Positions 9,978-21,422 of a DNA stretch of 64,000 nt are shown here, one piece after another. Position 1 is the stretch's first letter. Every line of letters starts with the position of its first letter. The position numbers were made by a program, and so were the translations under genes. The DNA is from Candidatus Binatia bacterium (GTDB lineage: Bacteria; Desulfobacterota; Binatia; UBA9968; CAXXLF01): positions 1,728,001-1,792,000 of the forward strand of contig CAXXLF010000002.1 in the NCBI GenBank assembly GCA_963664015.2. Reading direction: 5' to 3'. The notes beneath the pieces were generated by a model that was given only the letters and a program-made list of their open reading frames with translations, had not been told where the DNA came from and ran no database searches.

Positions 9978-10772
9978 TTGGCAAGGGTCATAGCTATAGC
10001 TAATCAGAAGGGTGGTGTCGGAAAGACAACCACGACGGTTAACCTTGGCGCCTCACTAGCTGTTGCTGAGAAACGGACCCTACTGATCGATATCGATCCG
10101 CAGGGAAACAGCACAACAGGCCTCGGGATCGACCGTTCCAAGCTTACCCAAAGCATCTATGAGGTTCTTATCGGCAGCCGCCCCCTGCTAACCGTGCTCT
10201 GTCAGACCGAGCTGCCCTTTCTAAGGGTAGCCCCCGCAACTAGAGATTTGATTGGGGCTGAAATTGAGCTGGTGACCGAGCAGAGTCGGGAGCAGCGTCT
10301 CAAGCAGGCGCTGCAGCCTGTCCAGGAGGAGTTCGATTATATCCTGCTTGATTGTCCACCCTCTTTGGGCATTCTCACCCTCAATGCACTGACGGCTGCG
10401 GATTCGCTCATTGTGCCGCTGCAATGTGAATACTACGCCCTCGAAGGATTAACCTCGCTCCTGGAAACACTTAAAGTCGTCCAAAAAGGTATCAACACAA
10501 GCCTCTATCTCGAGGGTATTTTGCTAACCATGTTCGACGGCCGCAGCCGTCTATCCGAACAGGTGGCCGAAGAGGTGAGGCAGCATTTTCCCGATCGTTT
10601 GTTTCAAACCGTCATCCATCGCAACGTCCGTCTCAGTGAAAGTCCAAGCCATGGCAAGCCGGTGCTTTTGTATGACGTGCGCTCGACAGGGGCGCAAAGT
10701 TATTTACAGTTGGCAAAAGAAATCATGAGACGTGAAGAGGAGAAACCAAATGCAGAAGAAGGGACTGGGTAA
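9978..10772 (+). CDS. parA: chromosome partitioning ATPase ParA/Soj
   Basis: NQKGGVGKTT, DIDPQGN, DCPPSLG, QCEYYALEG; TTG start. Confidence 0.96.
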   Translation: MARVIAIANQKGGVGKTTTTVNLGASLAVAEKRTLLIDIDPQGNSTTGLGIDRSKLTQSIYEVLIGSRPLLTVLCQTELPFLRVAPATRDLIGAEIELVTEQSREQRLKQALQPVQEEFDYILLDCPPSLGILTLNALTAADSLIVPLQCEYYALEGLTSLLETLKVVQKGINTSLYLEGILLTMFDGRSRLSEQVAEEVRQHFPDRLFQTVIHRNVRLSESPSHGKPVLLYDVRSTGAQSYLQLAKEIMRREEEKPNAEEGTG

Positions 10773-11667
10773 AGGTCTAAGCGCCCTTATTCCCGATGTC
10801 GACAAGCCTAACACAAGTTCATCCAACCTCGTGGAGGTCGATCAAATTGCCTCCAACCCGCGACAACCCCGTCGTGTATTTAACGAGGACCAGATTGACG
10901 AGCTGTCATCATCCATTAGAGAAAAAGGGGTGATACAACCCCTTTTAGTACGCCGTAACGGCCAGGGCTACGAACTCATCGCCGGCGAGCGCCGCTTGCG
11001 CGCATCGATCAAGGCTGGCATCCGACAGGTACCGGTTACCATTATCGAGGCCACAGACACGGAGACGTTGGAGTTGGCCCTGATCGAGAACCTGCAACGG
11101 GAGGATCTTAATCCCATCGACGAGTACCTCGCGTACAAACGCCTCCAGGAAGAATTCGCCTTGAGCCAGGAAGAGATCGCTACCAAGGTCGGCAAAAGCC
11201 GGCCAGCGGTAGCTAACTCCCTGCGTCTGGCCTTACTTCCCCCAGAAGTCCAACGAGAAGTCGCCGCCGGAAAACTGCCCGCCGGTCAGGCCCGTGCCCT
11301 CCTTGGGCTGGAGCGGGCCCCTCTTATCATCGCTGCAGCACGGGAGGTCCTGAGCAAGGGCCTTTCTACACGTGAAGCGGAGCGCTTGGTACGCCGGCTA
11401 AGGACACCCAGGGGCCGGAGAACCCCGGCTGGGGACACGGACCCCAATTTGGCTTCACTTATAGAAGGGGTGCAGCGTTGGCTTGGGACCAAAGTCCGCC
11501 TTCTGCACCGGGCCAGATCGGGTAAAGGCAAGATAGAGATCGAGTACTACTCAACGGAGGATTTTGACCGAATTATCCGCAAGCTAACAGACAGTCAGTC
11601 AGGCCACACTGCCGATCACGGTCCGGGTCTCCATCAGTCCCAAAACGCCTCAAAACCTAATCATTGA
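10750..11667 (+). CDS. parB: chromosome partitioning protein ParB
   Basis: GLGKGLSALI, NPRQPR, IAGERRLRA, ENLQREDL, helix-turn-helix. Confidence 0.96.
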   Translation: MQKKGLGKGLSALIPDVDKPNTSSSNLVEVDQIASNPRQPRRVFNEDQIDELSSSIREKGVIQPLLVRRNGQGYELIAGERRLRASIKAGIRQVPVTIIEATDTETLELALIENLQREDLNPIDEYLAYKRLQEEFALSQEEIATKVGKSRPAVANSLRLALLPPEVQREVAAGKLPAGQARALLGLERAPLIIAAAREVLSKGLSTREAERLVRRLRTPRGRRTPAGDTDPNLASLIEGVQRWLGTKVRLLHRARSGKGKIEIEYYSTEDFDRIIRKLTDSQSGHTADHGPGLHQSQNASKPNH

Positions 11668-11690
11668 GGCAACTTTGACCCAACCATCTT

Positions 11691-11719
11691 TTGACAATAC
11701 GCCTGCATGATGTTAAGAA
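11691..11719 (+). promoter_or_regulatory. putative sigma70 promoter of the atpF'FHAGD operon
   Basis: TTGACA-N17-TAAGAA with extended -10 TG. Confidence 0.6.
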
Positions 11720-11886
11720 AGGGCCCTTGACTGGGGTGAATTCTTAATCTCAGGACCTGTTACGCGTAGGACCCCAGACAGGTAAATCCTCTTCTGCGGA
11801 TCTTCCACTAATAGGCTCAACCACCGTTGAGTCGGAGCAGGCTTATTTCTCCGAGCCTGACTTTTCTGTAGAAGAACACATGAATT

Positions 11887-12315
11887 ATGATTGAATTAGA
11901 TTATAGCCTCTTCATACAAATAGGCCTATTCCTTCTGCTGTGGGTATTTCTTTCGCGTTTCGTGTTTCGTCCCTTTCTGCGGATGCTTGAACAACGGGAG
12001 CAAAGAACCGATGGAACCCTGAACGATGCACAGAACCTTGCTGAAGAGGCGGAACAGTTAAAGGCGAGTTACGAACAAGCGATAGCGAAAGCGACGGAAG
12101 AAGGAAACGCGATCAAAGAGTCTATTCGCCATGAGGCCGCTCAAACAAGAGAGCAGCTCTTAGCACAAGCCCGGCAAGAAACCGCACACTTTCTCCAGAC
12201 CGCCAGGACGGAAATCCAAGTGGAGCTAGAAAAGGGAAGGGCAACCGCGGTCATAGAGGCCGAAGCCATCGCCCAGCAAATGGCGGAGAAGATCCTCGCG
12301 AGGAAGATTTCATGA
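11887..12315 (+). CDS. atpF: ATP synthase F0 subunit b'
   Basis: N-terminal TM helix plus coiled coil; first of two b-type genes. Confidence 0.85.
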   Translation: MIELDYSLFIQIGLFLLLWVFLSRFVFRPFLRMLEQREQRTDGTLNDAQNLAEEAEQLKASYEQAIAKATEEGNAIKESIRHEAAQTREQLLAQARQETAHFLQTARTEIQVELEKGRATAVIEAEAIAQQMAEKILARKIS

Positions 12316-12863
12316 ATGCGGTCACACTTTTCACTATCACCGAGGCCTGGGCGGCCGGCGCCGCCGGTGGTGGAGCGCACGATGTGGACATCTTTAATCT
12401 CACCTTTCCACTGATCAACTTCCTTATTTTCCTTTATATCATCAAGCGTCTCGTCGTGCCCCGGCTTCGGATTCATGTGAGTGATCGCAGGGCCAAAATC
12501 CTAGGTGCCATCCAATCGGCCGCAGAGGAAAAGGCAAAGGCCGTGGCCTTGGTACACGACTACCGCGAACGTATGGATCAGTTGGAGGATACCACACGGG
12601 AGATCCGCGACGGGTTACGGACCGAAGCCGAGAGAGAAAAGGATAAGCTGATGCGCGATGCACGAGAACTCGGCGACAAGCTCCGAGCTGATGTCCAATT
12701 TCTCACTGAGCAGGAGCAAAAGATCGCCAAACAACAGCTACGTATGGATATCGCACGCTTGGCACGGGATGCCGCCCAGCGGACGATTCAAGCCAACCTT
12801 AAAACTACCGATCAGGACCTTTTAGTCGATCGGTTCTTGCAGCAAATTGAGGCAATCCGATGA
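12312..12863 (+). CDS. atpF: ATP synthase F0 subunit b
   Basis: INFLIF TM segment plus coiled coil; operon position. Confidence 0.88.
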   Translation: MNAVTLFTITEAWAAGAAGGGAHDVDIFNLTFPLINFLIFLYIIKRLVVPRLRIHVSDRRAKILGAIQSAAEEKAKAVALVHDYRERMDQLEDTTREIRDGLRTEAEREKDKLMRDARELGDKLRADVQFLTEQEQKIAKQQLRMDIARLARDAAQRTIQANLKTTDQDLLVDRFLQQIEAIR

Positions 12864-13399
12864 TCGAGGGCAGGTTGAGTCGGCGCTATGCCAAGGCTCT
12901 CTTTAACCTGGCCCGCGAGGGAAACCGGGAAGAGGCGGTTGCCTCAGATCTCAATCGTTTCGTAGACGCTTACAACGGTTCCAACCTTCACAAGGTGCTG
13001 AACAATCCCGCATTCGGCGTAGCCAAACGAAAGAGCCTGGCGCTCCGGATCGCCAACCTTCTGGAGGCCGCCACCCTGGTCGTGAGTTTTTTGTCCTACC
13101 TTATCGACCGCGACCGTTTTTCCATTCTGCCTTCCATTACCCTGCAGTACCATCAGCTGCTCGACGACGCCAAAGGTAGAGCGCAGGCCCGGGTCGTAAC
13201 ACCTGCGCCCCTCGGCGAAGACAAGAAGGATAACCTGTGCCAAGTCCTGAAGGGGATTTGTAATAAGGAAGTAATCCTTCACGAGGAGATCCGTCCCGAG
13301 TTGATCGGTGGACTCTTGATTGAACTCGAGGGCAAGGTCTACGACGGCACCATAAGCACCCAGCTTCAGAGCCTGACAGACAAGATCGAACAAGGATAA
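12860..13399 (+). CDS. atpH: ATP synthase F1 delta subunit
   Basis: RRYAKALF, LIGGL...VYDGTI. Confidence 0.93.
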   Translation: MIEGRLSRRYAKALFNLAREGNREEAVASDLNRFVDAYNGSNLHKVLNNPAFGVAKRKSLALRIANLLEAATLVVSFLSYLIDRDRFSILPSITLQYHQLLDDAKGRAQARVVTPAPLGEDKKDNLCQVLKGICNKEVILHEEIRPELIGGLLIELEGKVYDGTISTQLQSLTDKIEQG

Positions 13400-13403
13400 T
13401 TAG

Positions 13404-13632
13404 TAAAGCAAAATTCGAAGCACGAAATGCAAAACTCGATACAAAAAAGGGAGACTCAAAATACTAATTTCAAGACATTTAAAATCGCAGGAGAAGTTCT
13501 CATTGGAAGGTTTTGGATTTTGAGAATTGAGATTTTGAGCTTCCGAAGTCGGTTTTTTATTTATGGGGGTCTTGGCGCAAGATCCTCCTACGCTAAAGCT
13601 TAGGAGGATCCCCCGAAGCCTTGGCGAAGGGA
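13404..13632. repeat. composite intergenic repeat insert (7-bp-periodic inverted repeat plus REP-like hairpins) between atpH and atpA
   Basis: AAATTCG-AAGCACG-AAATGCA-AAACTCG; CTCAAAATACTAATTTCAA pairs imperfectly with TTGAGAATTGAGATTTTGAG; GATCCTCCTA-N10-TAGGAGGATC; CCCCGAAGCCTTGGCGAAGGG. Confidence 0.65.
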
Positions 13633-13711
13633 AAACCATTGTTGAAGTTGTTCTGTTGAAGATTCTATGGGTAAGGGCCTAAGGTACTGATTGAGAGGTC
13701 GGAGGAGTGAA

Positions 13712-15220
13712 ATGGATATAGGAACCGCAGAGATCAGCCGCATCATCAAGCAGCAGATCCAGGACTACGATAACGGCGTTCAAATTGACGAGGTCGGTAC
13801 CGTCATCTCAACCGGCGATGGCATCGCCCGGGTCTACGGCCTCGAAAAGGCCGCCGCGGGAGAGCTCCTCTCCTTCCCCCATGGGGTCCACGGTATGGTG
13901 CTCAATCTGGAGGAGGACAATGTCGGGGTCTCGCTCTTTGGCGAAACCCATCTGATCAAAGAGGGAGACACGGTCAAGCGCACGGGTAGGATTGCCGAGA
14001 TCGCCGTGGGCAAGCCATTGGTGGGCAGGGTCATCAATCCCCTGGGCGAACCCATTGACGGGCGCGGCCCCATCGAGGCCACCGAACGGAGAAGAATCGA
14101 GCTTAAGGCCCCTGGGATTGTAGCGCGTCAACCGGTGAAAGAACCCTTGCAAACGGGCATTAAGGCCATTGATGCCATGATCCCTATCGGACGGGGTCAA
14201 CGGGAGTTGATCATTGGCGACCGCCAAACGGGAAAGACCGCAGTGGTGGTAGACGCCATTATCAATCAAAAGGGCAGCGGCGTAACTTGTATTTACGTGG
14301 CCATAGGCCAGAAGCGATCAACAGTGGCTCAGGTCGTAGAACGCCTCAGGCAAAATGGCGCTATGGACTACACCGTGGTTGTCGCGGCTACCGCATCCGA
14401 ATCGGCTCCCCTCCAGTATATTGCCCCGTACAGTGGCTGCACGATCGGTGAACAGATTCGGGACACGGGAGGCCATGCCCTGGTTGTTTACGACGATCTC
14501 TCCAAGCATGCGGTCGCCTATCGACAGCTCTCTCTGCTTTTGCGCCGCCCACCGGGCCGGGAGGCCTTTCCTGGAGACGTCTTTTACCTGCATTCGCGTC
14601 TACTCGAGCGAGCTGCAAAACTCAACGATGCCCTCGGTGGAGGTTCTCTCACCGCCCTCCCGATCATCGAAACCCAAGCGGGAGATGTCTCTGCCTATAT
14701 TCCGACCAATGTCATCTCGATCACCGACGGGCAGATCTATCTTGAGACCGACCTGTTTTATTCCGGCGTACGGCCCGCCATCAACGTGGGGCTGTCGGTC
14801 TCCCGGGTGGGAGGAGCCGCACAAATCAAGGCCATGAAACAAGTCGCCGGCACCTTGCGTCTCGATCTGGCTCAATACCGGGAGCTAGCCGCCTTTGCCC
14901 AGTTCGGTTCCGACTTGGACCAGGCGACCCAACGGCAGCTCGCTCGAGGCAGCCGCTTGGTGGAGATTCTCAAGCAGGGGCAATACGAACCTCTACCAGT
15001 AGAAAAACAAATTCTTATCATCTACGCCGGAACCAATGGGTTCATGGATGATCTACCCATAGAATCGTTACATAAGTACGAGCAGGAGCTTTTCGCTTTT
15101 GTCGAGGACAAGACTCCTGAACTCTATAGTGAGATTCTGACGAAGCGCGAACTGGACAATGAGCTAAAGGCCAAGATCAATAAGGTCTTCGAGGATTTCA
15201 AGGCAACCTATAAGGCTTAA
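13712..15220 (+). CDS. atpA: ATP synthase F1 alpha subunit
   Basis: [30 protein letters not shown]; GGAGGAG RBS. Confidence 0.98.
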   Translation: MDIGTAEISRIIKQQIQDYDNGVQIDEVGTVISTGDGIARVYGLEKAAAGELLSFPHGVHGMVLNLEEDNVGVSLFGETHLIKEGDTVKRTGRIAEIAVGKPLVGRVINPLGEPIDGRGPIEATERRRIELKAPGIVARQPVKEPLQTGIKAIDAMIPIGRGQRELIIGDRQTGKTAVVVDAIINQKGSGVTCIYVAIGQKRSTVAQVVERLRQNGAMDYTVVVAATASESAPLQYIAPYSGCTIGEQIRDTGGHALVVYDDLSKHAVAYRQLSLLLRRPPGREAFPGDVFYLHSRLLERAAKLNDALGGGSLTALPIIETQAGDVSAYIPTNVISITDGQIYLETDLFYSGVRPAINVGLSVSRVGGAAQIKAMKQVAGTLRLDLAQYRELAAFAQFGSDLDQATQRQLARGSRLVEILKQGQYEPLPVEKQILIIYAGTNGFMDDLPIESLHKYEQELFAFVEDKTPELYSEILTKRELDNELKAKINKVFEDFKATYKA

Positions 15221-16080
15221 TGGCAACCCTAAAAGCAATACGGACACGGATTACCTCGGTCCGCAATACGCAGCAGATCACCCGGGCAATGAAAATGGTC
15301 TCGGCGGCAAAGTTGCGCCGTGCGCAGGAGACCGTGATCGAAGCGCGCCCTTACGCCGACAAAATGGCTGCCCTGCTGAACAATCTCTCGTCCCGCGTTG
15401 CGGCTGAATCCCATCCGCTCCTCAAGGGTCGAGAGGAACAAAAATTCGACTTGATTTTGCTGACTTCGGACCGCGGATTGTGCGGAGGCTACAACGGCAA
15501 CCTGATCCGGGCTGCGGAAGCCTTTATGCGAGACCACCCCTCCCCGGGGAAAGTAAACCTGATCGTCGTCGGACGCAGAGGCGCCGATTATTTTCGCCGT
15601 CGCAATGCAGATATCGCCGAACGGTACCTCAATATCTTGAGCTCAACACCGGAAGATCTGGCCGGCCAGATCGCCGCGAAAGCCATCGGACGGTTGCTTG
15701 ACGGTGAATCCGATGGGAGCTACCTCGTTTATAGCCGTTTTCAATCCGCATTGGTTCAGGTTCCGACAGTTGAAAAGCTTCTTCCCGTGACTACCGGTGA
15801 AAATGTCGGGGAAGAACAGCCCGTCGAATACCTATTAGAGCCCAACGTGGAGTCCTTGCTGTCCAGCCTTTTGCCCAAGGTGGTCGAAGTCGCCATCTAC
15901 CGGGCCCTGTTAGAGGCTACTGCCAGTGAACATGGCGCGCGTATGACTGCCATGGATTCGGCCACGACCAACGCCGGTAAAATGATCAACCATCTCGCTT
16001 TACAAATGAACCGTGCCCGTCAGGCGGCAATCACTACTGAGCTATTGGAAGTGGTATCGACCGCCGAAGCATTGAAGTGA
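15220..16080 (+). CDS. atpG: ATP synthase F1 gamma subunit
   Basis: QITRAMKMVSAAK, DRGLCG, RQAAITTEL. Confidence 0.97.
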   Translation: MATLKAIRTRITSVRNTQQITRAMKMVSAAKLRRAQETVIEARPYADKMAALLNNLSSRVAAESHPLLKGREEQKFDLILLTSDRGLCGGYNGNLIRAAEAFMRDHPSPGKVNLIVVGRRGADYFRRRNADIAERYLNILSSTPEDLAGQIAAKAIGRLLDGESDGSYLVYSRFQSALVQVPTVEKLLPVTTGENVGEEQPVEYLLEPNVESLLSSLLPKVVEVAIYRALLEATASEHGARMTAMDSATTNAGKMINHLALQMNRARQAAITTELLEVVSTAEALK

Positions 16081-16087
16081 GGACTGA

Positions 16088-17515
<1,428 letters not shown>

Positions 17516-17560
17516 GATGGGCGCGGAATGGAAACCTTAGGGGAGGGTTGAAAGGACTTT

Positions 17561-17846
17561 TTAATCTTTTTCCTGAAAAAAGGCGTATAAGCTGAATACG
17601 ACCAGGAGAATACCGCAACCTATATATAAGGACAAGGCGAGGTTCGAACCACCGGCGGCAATCATAAACTCATCGCCGTAGACGTAAAACCCCCAGTAAA
17701 AGGTAAATAGATAAGTCGTCACCAGACACAGCTTGCGCTCCTGTAACAGCATGAAAATGCTGCTAAGACCGATATAAATGCCTATCTGCCATGCAGGGAT
17801 GCAAAAGCGATATGCTGGCGATTTCGTAAGTAGCCCCGGGTTCCAT
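17561..17846 (-). CDS. small multi-TM hypothetical membrane protein (probable frameshift in an A/T run near 17804)
   Basis: The frame of ORF 17561-17752 extends upstream as ...CIPAWQIGIYIGLSSIFMLL; an ATG with GAG RBS near 17846 is in another frame. Confidence 0.45.
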
Positions 17847-18162
17847 ATTTCTCAGATATTTCCTATGGTTTTGACGTTATAGGACCCCGGTTTAAACTCA
17901 CGCAATCGGTATACCGCACCGTATATAGTAGGCCAACTGGATTGAACTACTATATATTGTATCATTCTACCAGAAGATATAGAAAATTTCCTTCCAATGG
18001 CGTCCATCTCTGGTACCTTTAAATCACTCTCTGGGACTCGTCTCCGGGGTGTTTCAAAGTCCAACGGGCCAGAAAGTGGCGGAATCATTATGACTTGACG
18101 GTGGCAGCAACCGGTCGCTATATTCACAGGGACAAGTGACATATTAAGGAGGAAACACTTCC

Positions 18163-19257
18163 ATGGCCAATACCCCTTTTACCTATGACCACTGGATGGA
18201 GTCTGTCGGGATACCCATTCATCGAGGTTTCTATATTGAGGATCTAAAGACTGTGGAACTGCATTGGTGGGAGGAAAGGCAGTGCAACGCGGCCTTCATG
18301 CAACTCATGGGTCAAGAGGGCGTTACCTCGGCTATCATCATGGAGATACCCCCGGGTCAAACCCTGCCGCCGCAAAGGTTTGCGTTAGACGAAGTCGTCT
18401 ACGTGGCCGACGGGCGTGGCTTGACCACCGTTTGGGGTAAAGAGGGAGGGACGAAAAAATCCTTTGAGTGGCAAAAACACAGCATGTTTCTGCTCCCCCA
18501 TAATACGTACCACCAGCTAAACAACATGCAGGGGGACAGCCCTGTACGTTTGCTTCGTTACAGCTACTTTCCCCTGGCATTGTCCGCCGTACAGGAGCCC
18601 GATTTCTTTTTTAAAAACCCCTATGAGGGCCGGGACCTGATCTCAGGCGGCAACGGAGATTTCTATTCCGAGGCAAAAGTCCTAAATCCCAACGAGGACA
18701 TGTGGGGTCGGGTCTACTGGTACGGTAATTTTTTCCCTGACATGAGGGCCTGGGACAAGCTGGACGCAAACAAGAGACGGGGGGCTGGAGGGCGAAGCGT
18801 TTACATCCGGTTTCCAAACTCTGAGATGTCTTGCCATATGTCAATTTTTTCATCGCGGACTTACAAAAAGGCCCACCGCCACGGTCCCGGCCGTGTGATC
18901 GTCATACCGGCCGGTGAAGGTTATTCGATCCTATGGGAAGAAGGAAAAGAAAAAAATATCGTTCCATGGCATGAGGGGAGCGTTTTTGTTCCACCCAATC
19001 GATGGTTTCACCAACATTTCAATTTGGGAAACACCCCGGCGAGGTACCTGGCCATGCATCCCCCCATGCAGTTCCATGGTCACGCGGAAAAGGTCGAAGA
19101 CCGTGCCAAGGACCAAATCGAATACACCGACGAAGAGTCCTGGATTCGCGAAAGGTTCGAAAGCGAACTCGCAAAAGCAGGCCAGAACACATTAATGCCA
19201 GAACAGGCTTATCAGGATAAGACCTATGAGTGGTCCCTGATTCAGGTCAGCTCCTAA
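18163..19257 (+). CDS. bicupin (gentisate-dioxygenase-like fold) protein of unknown function
   Basis: Two cupin repeats; KAHRHGPG and WFHQHFN; AAGGAGG RBS; paralog at 51913-53007. Confidence 0.8.
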   Translation: MANTPFTYDHWMESVGIPIHRGFYIEDLKTVELHWWEERQCNAAFMQLMGQEGVTSAIIMEIPPGQTLPPQRFALDEVVYVADGRGLTTVWGKEGGTKKSFEWQKHSMFLLPHNTYHQLNNMQGDSPVRLLRYSYFPLALSAVQEPDFFFKNPYEGRDLISGGNGDFYSEAKVLNPNEDMWGRVYWYGNFFPDMRAWDKLDANKRRGAGGRSVYIRFPNSEMSCHMSIFSSRTYKKAHRHGPGRVIVIPAGEGYSILWEEGKEKNIVPWHEGSVFVPPNRWFHQHFNLGNTPARYLAMHPPMQFHGHAEKVEDRAKDQIEYTDEESWIRERFESELAKAGQNTLMPEQAYQDKTYEWSLIQVSS

Positions 19258-19283
19258 ACCTGACCCCACGGGAGAACATCTCC

Positions 19284-20801
19284 ATGATGCATGATGACGA
19301 CGAGTTTCCAGAACATTTTCATGGTGAGCCTGGAAGTCTATCCGAGGAGATAGAAGGCCTTGAGATGTTCCACCTTACAAGCGTAGGCATCGACATCGGT
19401 TCGTCGACTTCTCATCTCATCTTTTCCCGACTGACCCTGCGTCGTGAGGGGGCGGCGCTCTCGGCCCGTTTCAGGGTGACCGACCGGGAGATTCTCTATC
19501 GTTCCAAGATCATGCTGACCCCGTACACGTCGGGGATATCCATTGATACCGACAAAGTCAAAACGTTTATCCACGACGGCTATCACGAAGCGGGCTTCAC
19601 TGCGGCGGATATCGATACGGGCGCCGTCGTGATCACCGGTGAGGCGTTGAAAAAAGAGAACGCCAAACCGATCGTCGAGTTTTTCGCCAAGGACTCGGGC
19701 AAATTCATTTGCGCGTCCGCAGGTCCCAACCACGAGGCCTTACTGGCAGCCTACGGCTGTGGTGCGGTCGAGCTCTCGAAAAAGAACAGTGCAACGGTTT
19801 TAAATGTCGATATGGGTGGTGGGACCACCAAGTTCTCCCTGATCCAGGACGGAGTCGTCGCGCAGACGGCGGCTGTCAGTGTGGGGGCACGCCTTGTAGC
19901 TTTCGATCCCTCGGGAATTGTCACGCGGGTGGAAGATCCGGCAAAGATAATCCTCAACGAGCTGGGCCATTCGGTCGAGCTGGGAAAACCCTTGGCCGCC
20001 GAGGCCAAAGAGCCTTTTGCCGCACTGATGGCCAAGGTCACCTTCGAAGTGATCAACGGCGGCCCCGCCTCGGCATTGACCAAACAACTTATGATAACCG
20101 AGGCCCTCAGTGACTATAACGGCATCCAGCAATTGGACCATATCATCTTTTCCGGTGGAGTCTCCGAACACATCTACGAACATGACCACAAGGCCTACGG
20201 AGACATGGGACCGCTGTTGGCCAAGAGCATCCGGGATCATCTGAACAAAATCTCCAAGAAGGATTTTCTCAAAGAGTCGGCGGAGGGTATCCGTGCCACC
20301 GTTATTGGTGCCGGTGAATATACGATTCAGGCCAGCGGTAATACCAGTTATATTTCTAGTTCGCAGGTCCTGCCAGTTTTTGGACTCAAGGTGGTTCGAC
20401 CTTTCTTGAATCCTCAGAACTCGGTCGCCAATGCGATACAGAAGGCTCTTGCCAAGTTTGATTTAACCGAATTTACTCCAGGATTGGCGCTGGCAGTGTC
20501 GCTCAAGGAACAACCGGATTATCCGCTGATTCGAAATCTTGCCGAGGGCATTGCAGCGGTCCTCAAAAAATCACCCCCTTTCAAGACCCCGCTTTTTATA
20601 ACCCTCGACATAGACGTCGCCAAATCGTTGGGCGGGGTGCTCAAAGAGGAACTACACGTGGAGCAGGAAGTTATTGCCGTAGATGGGATCGATGTGGGAG
20701 ACCTGGACTATATCGATATCGGTTGTCCTATGGGCGTCTCGGAAGTGATGCCCGTAACCGTCAAATCCTTAATGTTCCCCTCCAATACCCACCAGCACTG
20801 A
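19284..20801 (+). CDS. EutA-like (ethanolamine ammonia-lyase reactivase family) actin-fold ATPase
   Basis: SVGIDIGSSTSH, DTGAVVITGE, DMGGGTT, FSGGV, IRATVIGAG, DYIDIG...PVTVKSL. Confidence 0.82.
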   Translation: MMHDDDEFPEHFHGEPGSLSEEIEGLEMFHLTSVGIDIGSSTSHLIFSRLTLRREGAALSARFRVTDREILYRSKIMLTPYTSGISIDTDKVKTFIHDGYHEAGFTAADIDTGAVVITGEALKKENAKPIVEFFAKDSGKFICASAGPNHEALLAAYGCGAVELSKKNSATVLNVDMGGGTTKFSLIQDGVVAQTAAVSVGARLVAFDPSGIVTRVEDPAKIILNELGHSVELGKPLAAEAKEPFAALMAKVTFEVINGGPASALTKQLMITEALSDYNGIQQLDHIIFSGGVSEHIYEHDHKAYGDMGPLLAKSIRDHLNKISKKDFLKESAEGIRATVIGAGEYTIQASGNTSYISSSQVLPVFGLKVVRPFLNPQNSVANAIQKALAKFDLTEFTPGLALAVSLKEQPDYPLIRNLAEGIAAVLKKSPPFKTPLFITLDIDVAKSLGGVLKEELHVEQEVIAVDGIDVGDLDYIDIGCPMGVSEVMPVTVKSLMFPSNTHQH

Positions 20802-20822
20802 AGTCGCTACCCATCAGCTTTT

Positions 20823-21344
20823 CTATTGTATAAAATTTTTATCCGGTGCCGCCACGGAGGTCATCTGTTGGTTCCCTCCCATGCAGCGGAACCCTTTCAC
20901 GACGTTTTCCCAATGGGGACGATAGCGATGGGAGCAATCACAGGTATTCATGGGTCCACACAAGGCTATGAAGTTTCCGCCCTCACCGGTAACCTGGATG
21001 GAGGTCCATTCCCATACATCGCCTATTTTCCCTAGGTTGCCTGCTTCACAGGCACCCAGCCAATCCTCCACCGAGGGTAGCCGTTTGTTTCCAGCCCATT
21101 GACAGTACTTCACCGCATCGTGCCATGTAACCAGCACAACCGGATCATTCCCGTTTCCCTCTGGATAACGATTATGGTTCCAATGCTCGGGTTGGTGATG
21201 GCCAGTTGTTTGAATGAACCGTTGGTATTCTTTGTTGATCACTTCGCGCGGATCGAGGGAACCCTCAATGGGAAGGGCAAGCATAAGAAAAACTCCCACT
21301 AGAAAAAAAGGACTGTATTTGCCTTTTAGGTATCGGTAAAATAC
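20823..21344 (-). CDS. short FGE-sulfatase/SUMF1-like domain protein with N-terminal hydrophobic segment
   Basis: PVVLVTWHDAVKYCQWAG-KRLP, GDVWEWT, GFRC; start uncertain. Confidence 0.7.
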   Translation of the reverse strand, partial: VFYRYLKGKYSPFFLVGVFLMLALPIEGSLDPREVINKEYQRFIQTTGHHQPEHWNHNRYPEGNGNDPVVLVTWHDAVKYCQWAGNKRLPSVEDWLGACEAGNLGKIGDVWEWTSIQVTGEGGNFIALCGPMNTCDCSHRYRPHWENVVKGFRCMGGNQQMTSVAAPDKNFIQ

Positions 21345-21422
21345 CATAACCACCCACAACTGGGAGATCCTTACCACGATTGGCCGACCGTGCCAACCCA
21401 ATAGGCCGGCTGATTTAATTCT

